A DNA stretch of 64,000 nucleotides from a virus: positions 32,001 to 96,000 of the IMG/VR virus record IMGVR_UViG_3300025009_000004; one strand, given 5' to 3'. The position numbers were made by a program, and so were the translations under genes. Of the stretch, positions 27,174 through 36,221 are shown one piece after another. Under the pieces are notes generated by a model. It ran no database searches. It had not been told where the DNA came from and was given only the letters and a program-made list of their open reading frames with translations. Position 1 is the first letter of the stretch; each line of letters begins with the position of its first letter.

Positions 27174-28921
27174 TTTTAATAATCGGTGGTTATATCGCTC
27201 ATACTCCTCATAAATACTCTCATCTAATCGACATTGAGGACAAGAAATTAACAGAAGCAATAATAAATAAATATCCTAAAGAGGTCATTCACATTGTATC
27301 TTCGCCTGGATGCTTCAATGATACTTTTAAAGAGAAAGGCGCTCAATATAAATTGGTGTCAGAAGACCAAGATGTAGTACAAAATTGGGTTAAGTCTAAT
27401 TACGGCAAATATGCCACAATTATAGCATTATCCGATGGCTGCATCCCCCCTTCATTGGCCGGATTAAGTCTGAAGAAATTCGTTATGTTTAATACAGATA
27501 TTTTATCTAACGAAGGGGAGTCTGATTGGACATATAAAAATATAATAGCTGCTAACGCTGATTCAATTGATATATTCTATGCTCGTATGTCTATATTTAG
27601 ATTTATACAGGATTCAGAGCAATTCTATGTAACTGATAATCATTTTAGCACTCATTCAATATATGGCATTGAAAACGTCATTGATTATATATCTAAAATA
27701 ACAGCAGCAATCGAATGCGAGGTCGAATTATATCAGCCCAAAAAGTTCCCAGAAGATGAATTGGTTGATATTTATAATTCATATCAAAGTGTCATAAATA
27801 ATTTCAATCTTAATATGTCGCTATTGGTTTATGACCGTAGTAAATTGGCATACATGATGTCAGAAATGAAAGATAATAAAACATTTGCTATGATCTATGA
27901 AGGATATATCGGCACTGAAACAGGCAGAACTAAATCGGCCTATGATATTTCAATGGATTTCTTTAAAATGGCAGTGGCGCTTAAATCAATCTATGGCAAG
28001 ATGAGTTGCTGTGTTCATTGGAATGCTTCATACAACTACATTCTAACACGCTATACTGTGTCGCCTTGCCCTTTCGGATATCTACCGAATAAAGAACTAT
28101 GGAGCGACCAGATACGCAAAGTTGAGCCTATAAAGAATGGCATTGTTGATAGCAATTGGGGTCTTATCTATGAAGAGGGCCATGGTTATTATTTAATAGC
28201 AACATCACCAGAAACATTAAGATATGCTATTAAAGAAATGGCAATGATGAACGCTCCGCTTGGTGATAACGAATATGTTTTGAATAGCACTCAAAATAAG
28301 TTAAATCTTAACTATGATTTAAGTCTGCAAGTATATGATAAGTTGGTTAGGCCGATTGTATCAGAGTATCAAAACGCAAATATATTAGCCATGAATAACA
28401 TCGATGATAATGTTGGCGCTTTAACAGGATTAAGCCGGCATCAATTATTCTTTAGCAATCCATTCGGGAAGATGAAGGCTGCATTTAACGGTCCGATGCA
28501 TCCGCTGATGAAATACGATATTATCTTATTTTATGGCTCTTATGAATATCAACAGTTAAGTTTTTCTGAACAGTTACTCAAATGGAAGAAAATGAAATCA
28601 ATGCTTACAAAAGGCGGGCGCATACTTGTAGTTGGAACATATCAGAAGAAGCATGACAATGAAGCAAGCGATGAAGTTTATATTGACAGATTTAAGGGCA
28701 AAGTAGTATCATACAGATTCTCACCGGCAAGCGTAGCAGAGAACAAAAGGACAATAGCAATTAATTCATCTGATATGGCTTTAACTTTACCATATAGTCC
28801 CTTGGAAAATGATTTACTTAACTTACTCGATAGTGAGTTTGTAATAACAAAAGAAAAATATAAAACGTATGACATTTATTGCTATTGCTTTAAGCCCAGA
28901 ACGAAGGAGAGCGCGGAATGA
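27170..28921 (+). CDS. large hypothetical protein, possibly with divergent glycosyltransferase-like and methyltransferase-like regions
   Basis: FPEDELVDIYNS and YDIILF...MLTKGGRILV weak motif resemblances. Confidence 0.6.
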   Translation: MILIIGGYIAHTPHKYSHLIDIEDKKLTEAIINKYPKEVIHIVSSPGCFNDTFKEKGAQYKLVSEDQDVVQNWVKSNYGKYATIIALSDGCIPPSLAGLSLKKFVMFNTDILSNEGESDWTYKNIIAANADSIDIFYARMSIFRFIQDSEQFYVTDNHFSTHSIYGIENVIDYISKITAAIECEVELYQPKKFPEDELVDIYNSYQSVINNFNLNMSLLVYDRSKLAYMMSEMKDNKTFAMIYEGYIGTETGRTKSAYDISMDFFKMAVALKSIYGKMSCCVHWNASYNYILTRYTVSPCPFGYLPNKELWSDQIRKVEPIKNGIVDSNWGLIYEEGHGYYLIATSPETLRYAIKEMAMMNAPLGDNEYVLNSTQNKLNLNYDLSLQVYDKLVRPIVSEYQNANILAMNNIDDNVGALTGLSRHQLFFSNPFGKMKAAFNGPMHPLMKYDIILFYGSYEYQQLSFSEQLLKWKKMKSMLTKGGRILVVGTYQKKHDNEASDEVYIDRFKGKVVSYRFSPASVAENKRTIAINSSDMALTLPYSPLENDLLNLLDSEFVITKEKYKTYDIYCYCFKPRTKESAE

Positions 28922-29310
28922 TGGAGTTCATAATCGTAATAGTATTGATATTAGCGACCTTGCATTTTCTTCATGATGTGATTTATAATAAGCCTATCAT
29001 CAATAATGAAATAAATATTGTTGAGCTTAAAAAATGGATGAACGCACAGGAAGATATAAATAAAGATATGTCGCAAATCATTAAACTAACTGATGTATAC
29101 TTTGACCAAATAAAAGAAAAGCATAATGGCTTAAGTGTTTATACAAGAAAAAGTATGGCCATCTTATTATATGAGTTCGAAAAACTTTATAAGGAGCAAT
29201 ACAGATGCAAAACGCAAAAAATGAGGCAATTCGCTTCTATAAGAAACAACTTCAAGAAAACCAGATCGCGCAACAGTATCTCCTTAATAGGGGTCTCAGT
29301 AGGGAAATAA
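28918..29310 (+). CDS. membrane-anchored hypothetical protein
   Basis: N-terminal TM helix; 3' end overlaps the primase start. Confidence 0.55.
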   Translation: MMEFIIVIVLILATLHFLHDVIYNKPIINNEINIVELKKWMNAQEDINKDMSQIIKLTDVYFDQIKEKHNGLSVYTRKSMAILLYEFEKLYKEQYRCKTQKMRQFASIRNNFKKTRSRNSISLIGVSVGK

Positions 29311-30260
29311 TAGACTTTTTCGATATAGGTTATGCCCCCAAATCTGGAGGGCTCAAGCAACACCTTATATCTCAAGGTGTATCAGAAGAAACTATGTTCG
29401 GCGCCGGCTTATTACGCAAAGCATATGACAATGAATGGGAAGACCAAGATTTCTTTAAGAATAGAATCGTCTTTCCAACCAAGTCTGGTCCGAACGTAGT
29501 ATTCATTTCTGGGCGAGATTTAGGCAATAAGTCTTCAAGAAAGTATCTTAACGTACCTGGGCCTAATGATGCCCTTATAAACGAGGATATACTGTATAAG
29601 AAAATACCCTATGTTATCCTTACCGAAGGGTTCATCGATTGCTATACGCTTATACAGAATAAATTCCCTGCTATTGGCTTGGCCGGCTGCAATCGCAAGA
29701 AGAAATCATTAATGGACAAATTACTTAAAATCAAAAGGGTTTATATCATGTTTGATGTTGACCCTAATGGCGCTGGACTTAAGGGCGCTATGAATACAGC
29801 CTATCAGTTATGCAGAAAAGGGCACATGGATGTTCGCATAGCTAGTCTTCCAAACAATGGAATTGATAAAACAGATATCAATCAACTATATCTTGAAATG
29901 AAGACTGGATTTAAAGATATTATCGCAAACATACTAACACAAAGCACAAGGTCGTTTCATGAAACAGAAGATTATAATAAAATGGAAGCTGATGAACAGT
30001 TTAAACCGATCACATATAACGATATGAACGCACAGGACTCAATAGCAATATATGAAAAGTATTTAGATTTACAAGTAATAAGTGGCAAATATTTAAGGTG
30101 CTGCTGCCCATTTCATGGAGAAACACAACCATCATTTACCGTCTATATATCATCTGGTTTAGGAAGATGTTTTGGCTGCGGTCTTGAATTTGAAAATGGC
30201 AAAGACTTTGAAGAGGCACTAATGGCGAAAAGAATGTTAGAGAAGGTGCAGTACGCATGA
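29205..30260 (+). CDS. dnaG: DnaG-type primase with C-terminal CHC2 zinc finger
   Basis: YLLNRGL, IGYAP, FKNRIVFP, KYLN, TOPRIM EGFID and FDVD, then CPFH...PSF...CFGC. Confidence 0.88.
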   Translation: MQNAKNEAIRFYKKQLQENQIAQQYLLNRGLSREIIDFFDIGYAPKSGGLKQHLISQGVSEETMFGAGLLRKAYDNEWEDQDFFKNRIVFPTKSGPNVVFISGRDLGNKSSRKYLNVPGPNDALINEDILYKKIPYVILTEGFIDCYTLIQNKFPAIGLAGCNRKKKSLMDKLLKIKRVYIMFDVDPNGAGLKGAMNTAYQLCRKGHMDVRIASLPNNGIDKTDINQLYLEMKTGFKDIIANILTQSTRSFHETEDYNKMEADEQFKPITYNDMNAQDSIAIYEKYLDLQVISGKYLRCCCPFHGETQPSFTVYISSGLGRCFGCGLEFENGKDFEEALMAKRMLEKVQYA

Positions 30261-30745
30261 CATCAGATCATATCTTGCAGTTGTTTCAAGCGATTAACAA
30301 AGAGCTTCCACATTGTTTGGCATGTGGGGGAAGCCTAAGTTACAAAAACAAAGAGATATATCGTATGGTTGACAATGGACATTTCAAACGAAATATTTGC
30401 TTTGATAAGATAACTATATCTTGCGAGTGCGGATGGATATCAGAAGTCGCGATGCCTGATAAGCTGTTCTATGACCCAAATATTTTTGCTAAAGATGGAG
30501 TAATTAAATATAACGATGTGATTAACAATATGGATGAAAGCGCTTATATAGTTTTCTTTGCGCCACGCTGTAAATCACATCCTATGGAATGGGCGCTTAA
30601 TCATAGACTAATTGAACAGATAACACAGGCATTGATAAACAATGGAGTTAAAGGAGAATTGGAATGCGAATCATCAAACAAACTAACGACCTCATCGAAA
30701 TGTTTGGAAGAACCATTGACGGAACCGAAGAGACAATTAAAATGA
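30257..30745 (+). CDS. zinc-ribbon hypothetical protein
   Basis: CLAC...CECG; ATGA coupling. Confidence 0.6.
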   Translation: MTSDHILQLFQAINKELPHCLACGGSLSYKNKEIYRMVDNGHFKRNICFDKITISCECGWISEVAMPDKLFYDPNIFAKDGVIKYNDVINNMDESAYIVFFAPRCKSHPMEWALNHRLIEQITQALINNGVKGELECESSNKLTTSSKCLEEPLTEPKRQLK

Positions 30746-30864
30746 GAAGATTTCAGCCAACACAGAGTTGGATAATTATTAGAAATAATGATATAGAAAA
30801 TCATTTTGAATACAGGAATGATGCAATTGAATGGTTAGACTATAATATTTGGGCAAAGGAGTAA
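30664..30864 (+). CDS. hypothetical protein
   Basis: AAGGAG RBS; fills the gap before the cupin gene. Confidence 0.45.
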   Translation: MRIIKQTNDLIEMFGRTIDGTEETIKMRRFQPTQSWIIIRNNDIENHFEYRNDAIEWLDYNIWAKE

Positions 30865-30869
30865 ATATA

Positions 30870-31385
30870 ATGGATATCAGAAAAAAAATAGATTGCCTTG
30901 GAACTAAATCAACAGAACACAACGATACTATCTGGGGTAACGAAATGATTCTCAAATTGACTGGTGAATCTAATATAGAAATCAAAATATTAGATAGCAA
31001 AGATGGACCTTTATCAATACAGAGCCATCCAAACAGTTGGGAGATATGGAAGATATTAGACATTGAACCTGGGGCATTTATAATAGGTGGATTAAAAGAA
31101 GAATATACCCGAACTACTAATGAGTTTTACGCTCATCAAAATAAAACTATTGTACCATTTTGCAATATTATCTTTCCTAAAGTTGGAGATACTTATTTAA
31201 TCCCAAAAGGCTTAATTCATGCTTTAGGAAAGGGAATAGTAGCATTAGAAATTAAACCATCTGTTAATAATAAAACAATTCGCATATACGATTGGGATAG
31301 AGCTAGAGAACAACAATCTCTTAAACTTGGGATAAAATGGTATGATGTATGTAATCAAAATGAGAAGATAATTCAGTTAAATTAA
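30870..31385 (+). CDS. mannose-6-phosphate isomerase (class I)-like cupin, minimal form
   Basis: IKILD...LSIQSHP...WEIW...GDTYLIPKGLIHALG...LEI...TIRIYDWDR. Confidence 0.8.
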   Translation: MDIRKKIDCLGTKSTEHNDTIWGNEMILKLTGESNIEIKILDSKDGPLSIQSHPNSWEIWKILDIEPGAFIIGGLKEEYTRTTNEFYAHQNKTIVPFCNIIFPKVGDTYLIPKGLIHALGKGIVALEIKPSVNNKTIRIYDWDRAREQQSLKLGIKWYDVCNQNEKIIQLN

Positions 31386-32155
31386 CGAAACTTTTCTACA
31401 TTAATTTCAAAATCATCAGTAGTTCTGTTAAATTTAACATGTATTAGCTTCTGGCCATTTGATAGCGGTTTAAAATATGCCTTCGCGGCGTATCCGCAAT
31501 CAGATGCCAGAGCAGACCAACCGCAAACATAATATTGTATTTTTTGAACTAATTGATATTTTTTATTTAAATAATATATTGGCATTTCAGAATCAGCAAC
31601 ATCATGAGTATGACCAGAGATGATTAAATCCGCGCCTGGACTACGGAAATGCATCGCCTGTAAGCGATTTATTTTGCTGCCCGCCGTCCCGCCGCCCCCC
31701 GCGCCATGCCCAGCATAGCCCTCCATCACATTACCATGTTTACATTGCAGTGCGAAATGATACTCTGGGCCATAGTAATCTACGCCAACATCGCCACAGA
31801 GAACTTCCATTAAGTCAAGCGTAGTAGCCTTCTCAACGCGGTTCGAATGATTGCCAGATAACATAAATAAAGTCTTATCTTTAACGCGACTCAACAATCC
31901 TTTAACTATTTTATATTGGTCGCTCATCATATATTTTTGTTCATGAACAGAGCCTTTACTCCCATAGATCGCGCACTCAAGTAAATCGCCAAGGCCAATA
32001 AGATAATAGTTATTTTTACTTTCTACAAGTTTAATAAATCTTTGAATTAAATCTAATTTTGAAGCAGGAGAGCCAACATGCCAATCTGAGCCAACAGCTA
32101 TGGTAAATTCATTGGTGTTAAACTTAAACTTTCTGCCATCTTTTACAAACTTCAT
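31382..32155 (-). CDS. calcineurin-like metallophosphoesterase
   Basis: SDWHVG, GDLLE, GNH, GHG, GHTH. Confidence 0.88.
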   Translation of the reverse strand: MKFVKDGRKFKFNTNEFTIAVGSDWHVGSPASKLDLIQRFIKLVESKNNYYLIGLGDLLECAIYGSKGSVHEQKYMMSDQYKIVKGLLSRVKDKTLFMLSGNHSNRVEKATTLDLMEVLCGDVGVDYYGPEYHFALQCKHGNVMEGYAGHGAGGGGTAGSKINRLQAMHFRSPGADLIISGHTHDVADSEMPIYYLNKKYQLVQKIQYYVCGWSALASDCGYAAKAYFKPLSNGQKLIHVKFNRTTDDFEINVEKFR

Positions 32156-32547
32156 GCCCGTTTACGCCCCTTTTTTAATTTAATCTTAGCCTCTACATCT
32201 GCTGCTTTAATCAAGCAATCATCAATCATCATAGCATTTGTTTTCCTTTTACTTTTCTTTTCTGCCAATGCTTTTGATAATATATCATTTGATTGTTCTA
32301 TTTTGGTTTCTATTATCGCATCAACAGTGCGAGATTGATCTTCCTGCTCTTTTTCAAACTTCTTTATTCTCTTTTCGATATCAGCGTCTGTGCTTAAGTA
32401 AAAATCTCTGGTATCGTCTGGCTCTAATCCTTGTTTGCAATATCTGCATATTCTTTCTTTATAATCTTCAAAAAAATATCTGTGTTGTTCGAATGATCTT
32501 CCGCATTTAAGACAGCTTAAGAATTTTGGGATAATTACATCTGTCAT
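32152..32547 (-). CDS. zinc-finger hypothetical protein
   Basis: CLKC...CRYC followed by a basic coiled coil. Confidence 0.65.
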   Translation of the reverse strand: MTDVIIPKFLSCLKCGRSFEQHRYFFEDYKERICRYCKQGLEPDDTRDFYLSTDADIEKRIKKFEKEQEDQSRTVDAIIETKIEQSNDILSKALAEKKSKRKTNAMMIDDCLIKAADVEAKIKLKKGRKRA

Positions 32548-32566
32548 ATGGTCGCCCCTTTACGGT

Positions 32567-33064
32567 TTATTTAGCCGATAACCCTATTGATTCTACTACC
32601 TTTTGATATATGTCAATTAATTCGTTTTTACTTCCCTTTTGAATAAATGATACTTGTCCTATAAACTCTGGTAATATATATTTCTGCCAATGTTTCATTG
32701 CTGAATATACAATGACAGGAACATCTTTCTTGATAAGTATCTTAATTAAATCATTGATATTGCCGCCCATTACACCGAAATCAATGTCTAATACTGCTAT
32801 ACCAACTATATGATGAAATCCTCCATTTAACCTTGTTATTACCGACATTGCACTGTTAATATTCTCAGATAATATAAAGTTATTTAAACCATGACTCTGC
32901 ATAAACACAGACATCAGCGATAATACAGCAGGATTATCATCAGCGAACAATACATACTTACGCGATGAATCAATATTAACAAGTTGTTCTGCTAAATTAC
33001 GATCTGCGTTATCGTTTAATGTTTGTATTAATCTCTTTGTTTCAGATGTCATGATGTCCTCCAT
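32567..33064 (-). CDS. stand-alone response regulator receiver (CheY-like) domain protein
   Basis: VLFADDN, AVLDIDF (phospho-acceptor D), IVYSA, FIQKG. Confidence 0.8.
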   Translation of the reverse strand: MEDIMTSETKRLIQTLNDNADRNLAEQLVNIDSSRKYVLFADDNPAVLSLMSVFMQSHGLNNFILSENINSAMSVITRLNGGFHHIVGIAVLDIDFGVMGGNINDLIKILIKKDVPVIVYSAMKHWQKYILPEFIGQVSFIQKGSKNELIDIYQKVVESIGLSAK

Positions 33065-33066
33065 TA

Positions 33067-33411
33067 TTAATCTTTTAAACCACAGCGACTTGTTGCTTGT
33101 TTAATTTCTGCTACTGCTGTATTCATCGTTTTAAACTCTGATAAAGCCTGTAACATACTTTGATTATTCAACTGTATCGTGCTATTTAATGTGCTTATTG
33201 TTTGAGTAAGCGCCTGGATTGCAGTGTCGCTATTCTTTTCGTTATCAGAAATAATCTGTTCTAATTTAGTAACATGTTCAAAGTGTTTTTCTATGAATAT
33301 TTTGAATACCTGAAATGCAGAATAAAGCAGATACATGATAAATACGAAACTTATCGCTGTTCCTGCCTTAGAGCCGTATTCAATAAATGGTGCAAACTGT
33401 TCTGGAGCCAT
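33067..33411 (-). CDS. holin-like membrane protein (one TM plus coiled coil)
   Basis: TM AISFVFIMYLLYSAFQVF then coiled coil; close to the endolysin. Confidence 0.5.
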   Translation of the reverse strand: MAPEQFAPFIEYGSKAGTAISFVFIMYLLYSAFQVFKIFIEKHFEHVTKLEQIISDNEKNSDTAIQALTQTISTLNSTIQLNNQSMLQALSEFKTMNTAVAEIKQATSRCGLKD

Positions 33412-33461
33412 TGCTAATTCCTTTACTTTAAATTCTGCGAAACCATTCTACTGCAATTCTA

Positions 33462-33490
33462 ATTATAACATCATTTGGTGATTGAGTCAA
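33462..33490 (-). promoter_or_regulatory. sigma70-type promoter for the holin-like/receiver unit
   Basis: minus strand TTGACT-17 nt-TATAAT with extended -10 TG. Confidence 0.7.
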
Positions 33491-33794
33491 CTATGTTTGT
33501 CTGTTTTATTTGCACATTGTTCAAATGATATTTCTGCACATGGTCATTTCTAACATCATCAACTACAGATAACATCACTAAAAATATAACTACCATAGCA
33601 AACATACAGAGCATAAACTCCATGTATAACGAGTCTTTCTTAGGCTCTGAGACGGGAATATATTCGACTAATATTATATCAGGCTCTGGCTGTTTAATTT
33701 CTTCTGTTATGCTTTTTTGTTTATTTTTATTCTTCCAAAATTTCATTGAGGAAGTTTCATATCTGAATTTATCTAATAATTGACGCATTTTCAT
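33471..33794 (-). CDS. membrane protein
   Basis: single TM FMLCMFAMVVIFLVML. Confidence 0.55.
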   Translation of the reverse strand: MKMRQLLDKFRYETSSMKFWKNKNKQKSITEEIKQPEPDIILVEYIPVSEPKKDSLYMEFMLCMFAMVVIFLVMLSVVDDVRNDHVQKYHLNNVQIKQTNIVDSITK

Positions 33795-33818
33795 TTCTTC
33801 TTTTTCCCCTTTTCATCT

Positions 33819-34049
33819 CTAATTCGTTGTTTCTAAGATTTGATTTACTAAATTTTTATTGTTTGCCATAGATATAAATAAATTAGTTAGACCTCCAACA
33901 ATGGCTTCTTCGTGTTCGAGCGGGAGCAATCCTTTGATTTGGTGTTCACACAATACTCCTCTCATCATCGCACTTGTTATAATAGAACAAACATCTTCTC
34001 TTTCACAATTCTTAGATATAGAAATTTCTTTTTTGATGAATCCGCATCT
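33819..34049 (-). pseudogene. headless 3' fragment of a phage gene
   Basis: open frame RCGFIKKEISISKNCERED...EHEEAIVGGLTNLF...ETTN* with no start/RBS at its 5' end. Confidence 0.45.
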
Positions 34050-34474
34050 TGAAAAACTACTATAAATCTTGTTGTATCAAGAGCAACTGCATTACAATAA
34101 CTCGTTGCCGCCGCATTGAACACATTCTCCGCGCCATTTGGGCTTATGTTGACCGATAACGCCTGATTGTAAGCCTTCATCGTGCCGCTTTCGTTTATCA
34201 AAGACACGACCTGCCCCGCCGTAAGAGCCTCGCCTGCCGTTACCGTAATTGTCTGATTTACGCTTGCCGCCGGTATCGCCGCTATTGCATTTTCAACGGT
34301 AGAATTAACCTCTGCTTTGGTATAAACATCAGCACTCTTAGCATAACTTTCCCTAACTTGACCATCGCTTATCTTATTTTGTGCATATCCATTAGTATAT
34401 ATTCCCATAATTAATACACCAATGGTAAACAAATACACTATTGCCTTAGGCGGCTTCATCATAATTGCACACAT
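33977..34474 (-). CDS. signal-peptide fibre-like protein, apparently truncated
   Basis: signal peptide ...NGYA|QN, YTKAEV motif, TAGEALTAGQVV, first propeller-like repeat and then an abrupt end. Confidence 0.6.
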   Translation of the reverse strand: MCAIMMKPPKAIVYLFTIGVLIMGIYTNGYAQNKISDGQVRESYAKSADVYTKAEVNSTVENAIAAIPAASVNQTITVTAGEALTAGQVVSLINESGTMKAYNQALSVNISPNGAENVFNAAATSYCNAVALDTTRFIVVFQDADSSKKKFLYLRIVKEKMFVLL

Positions 34475-34521
34475 CCTTTAAATAATCTCGATACAATATC
34501 CCGATCATTATTTCAATTAAT

Positions 34522-34839
34522 TTAATCATTTATTTTCTTCCTTTTTCTTTTAATAACTCTATAGCCAATATATATTCCAGCATAAATCATTAGCCATGCT
34601 ATCATGTGAGCGATCATAAAATAGAACATAGCATAATCATTAGTTTGTATATTAACGAACAATGGCATTATCTTAGCCACCATCATTGCTACAAAAGGAG
34701 GTAGTCCTATTTTGTCCATTAAGGTTTCAGGGAATGTTAAGATAAGATATGGCCATTTTAAGGTAGCGCACCAAGACATCGCTATATAATATTCGGCATA
34801 ACCATGTCCTTTGTTGGATTTGCTATTTTGTATTTTCAT
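34522..34839 (-). CDS. membrane protein with MKIQ...NKGHGY leader
   Basis: GGAGA RBS before the ATG at 34839; hydrophobic helices. Confidence 0.65.
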   Translation of the reverse strand: MKIQNSKSNKGHGYAEYYIAMSWCATLKWPYLILTFPETLMDKIGLPPFVAMMVAKIMPLFVNIQTNDYAMFYFMIAHMIAWLMIYAGIYIGYRVIKRKRKKIND

Positions 34840-35122
34840 TGTTATTCTCCTCTGTTCTCTTCTTCCATTCTCTTTCGAGTTTCCAATATTCATAACGCTC
34901 ACATGCCATGAATGTTAATACGATAAAACAATCTAATCCGAATACGAGCGCCCATGTATTATATTCTAATGGAATGCCGATTAATCTTATAGCAACAATC
35001 ACTGAGAATGAAAATCCAGAAAGCAATGTTATCAAACCAATAAAGGTCAGATAAGCAAGCCAATCTGGGAAAACAATACCATAACCGTGTCCTTTATTGT
35101 TGTTTGACTTTTGTATCTTCAT
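34823..35122 (-). CDS. two-TM membrane protein with MKIQ...NKGHGY leader
   Basis: two TM helices and a charged C-tail; directly downstream of the endolysin. Confidence 0.65.
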   Translation of the reverse strand: MKIQKSNNNKGHGYGIVFPDWLAYLTFIGLITLLSGFSFSVIVAIRLIGIPLEYNTWALVFGLDCFIVLTFMACERYEYWKLEREWKKRTEENNNENTK

Positions 35123-35129
35123 AATGGCC

Positions 35130-35720
35130 TCACAGTAATTTATTCACTTCTTTTATAAATGGATTATTACTACCATCAATAAACGGGCATCCAGGCTTAC
35201 CAAAATCTGTATGCGTGTTAATTATTTTAACAGGGTGCTTTGACTTAAGATATAGCACTAGCAATTTACCTGATATTTCCTGTTCTGGTGTAAAATGTTC
35301 TCTATTAGTGCTACCCGCAAATTCAACGCCTATGCTATTCTTATTTCCATTAGTGCCGGCATGATATGCCACTGCATCGTCAGGAACGAGTTGATGAATA
35401 TCGCCATTAAAATTAACAAAATAATGAGCAGATGATTTGCCATGCTCTCTTGATGATGTAAACCAATTGCATATACTCGACAATGCCTTAACGTCGCCAA
35501 AATTATCAGGAACGCCCTGAGAATGGAATACTATCTTGTCTATATTAAGATTAGTTCCTCTTGCACGAGCATTGCCCGCTTTTATAACTTTATCTCCTAA
35601 ATCTGATTTAATAACTAACTCCACTTTAGGTTTATCATCTATCTTTAACACAGGAGTCACCGCCTTTTTCAATGTAATCGTATCTATAACTATATCGTTA
35701 TTGCAATGTGGACATTTCAT
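35130..35720 (-). CDS. endolysin, N-acetylmuramoyl-L-alanine amidase (Amidase_2)
   Basis: IVFHS, SSAHYFV, AYHAG, SIGVE, THTD...GCP. Confidence 0.9.
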   Translation of the reverse strand: MKCPHCNNDIVIDTITLKKAVTPVLKIDDKPKVELVIKSDLGDKVIKAGNARARGTNLNIDKIVFHSQGVPDNFGDVKALSSICNWFTSSREHGKSSAHYFVNFNGDIHQLVPDDAVAYHAGTNGNKNSIGVEFAGSTNREHFTPEQEISGKLLVLYLKSKHPVKIINTHTDFGKPGCPFIDGSNNPFIKEVNKLL

Positions 35721-35741
35721 AATGTGTCACCTATTATAACT

Positions 35742-36221
35742 TTATTTCTGCCATGTATCAATAACATCCCAATGCTTGTAATCACTCTTATACTCTGCCA
35801 TTGATTCTGGCGTTAATGCGTTTACAAAGATATTTGATTGTATGTATTGTTTACCTCTATCAGATATTATCATAATGTAGTGCCAATTACCAATCTCGCC
35901 ATTATATAAGAATATCTCTTCAACGCTATCAGCACACTTCTTATATCGAATAAATTCTGATATTAGCCGCATTGCATCGCTACAATTATACATTTTTCTG
36001 GCTAATACCTGTGATGGCCTTGCGAATGTATCTAAACGATGAATGGGCAATACATTCATACCGTCGGGTTTATACTTAAAGCCATATGTTTGTAGATATA
36101 AAGCTAATTCAAAATAGTTACTAAACTTATCGTAGAATGCTTTAACTTCTGCGTCTGTCCATTCAGGATAGATAAAATTCCAAAATGTATTAACTATCCA
36201 GAGCATTATCTTCTTAACCAT
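35742..36221 (-). CDS. transglutaminase-like/papain-fold Cys protease-like protein
   Basis: PSQVLARKMYNCSDAM (Cys) and WHYIMI (His); likely start at 36221. Confidence 0.55.
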   Translation of the reverse strand: MVKKIMLWIVNTFWNFIYPEWTDAEVKAFYDKFSNYFELALYLQTYGFKYKPDGMNVLPIHRLDTFARPSQVLARKMYNCSDAMRLISEFIRYKKCADSVEEIFLYNGEIGNWHYIMIISDRGKQYIQSNIFVNALTPESMAEYKSDYKHWDVIDTWQK

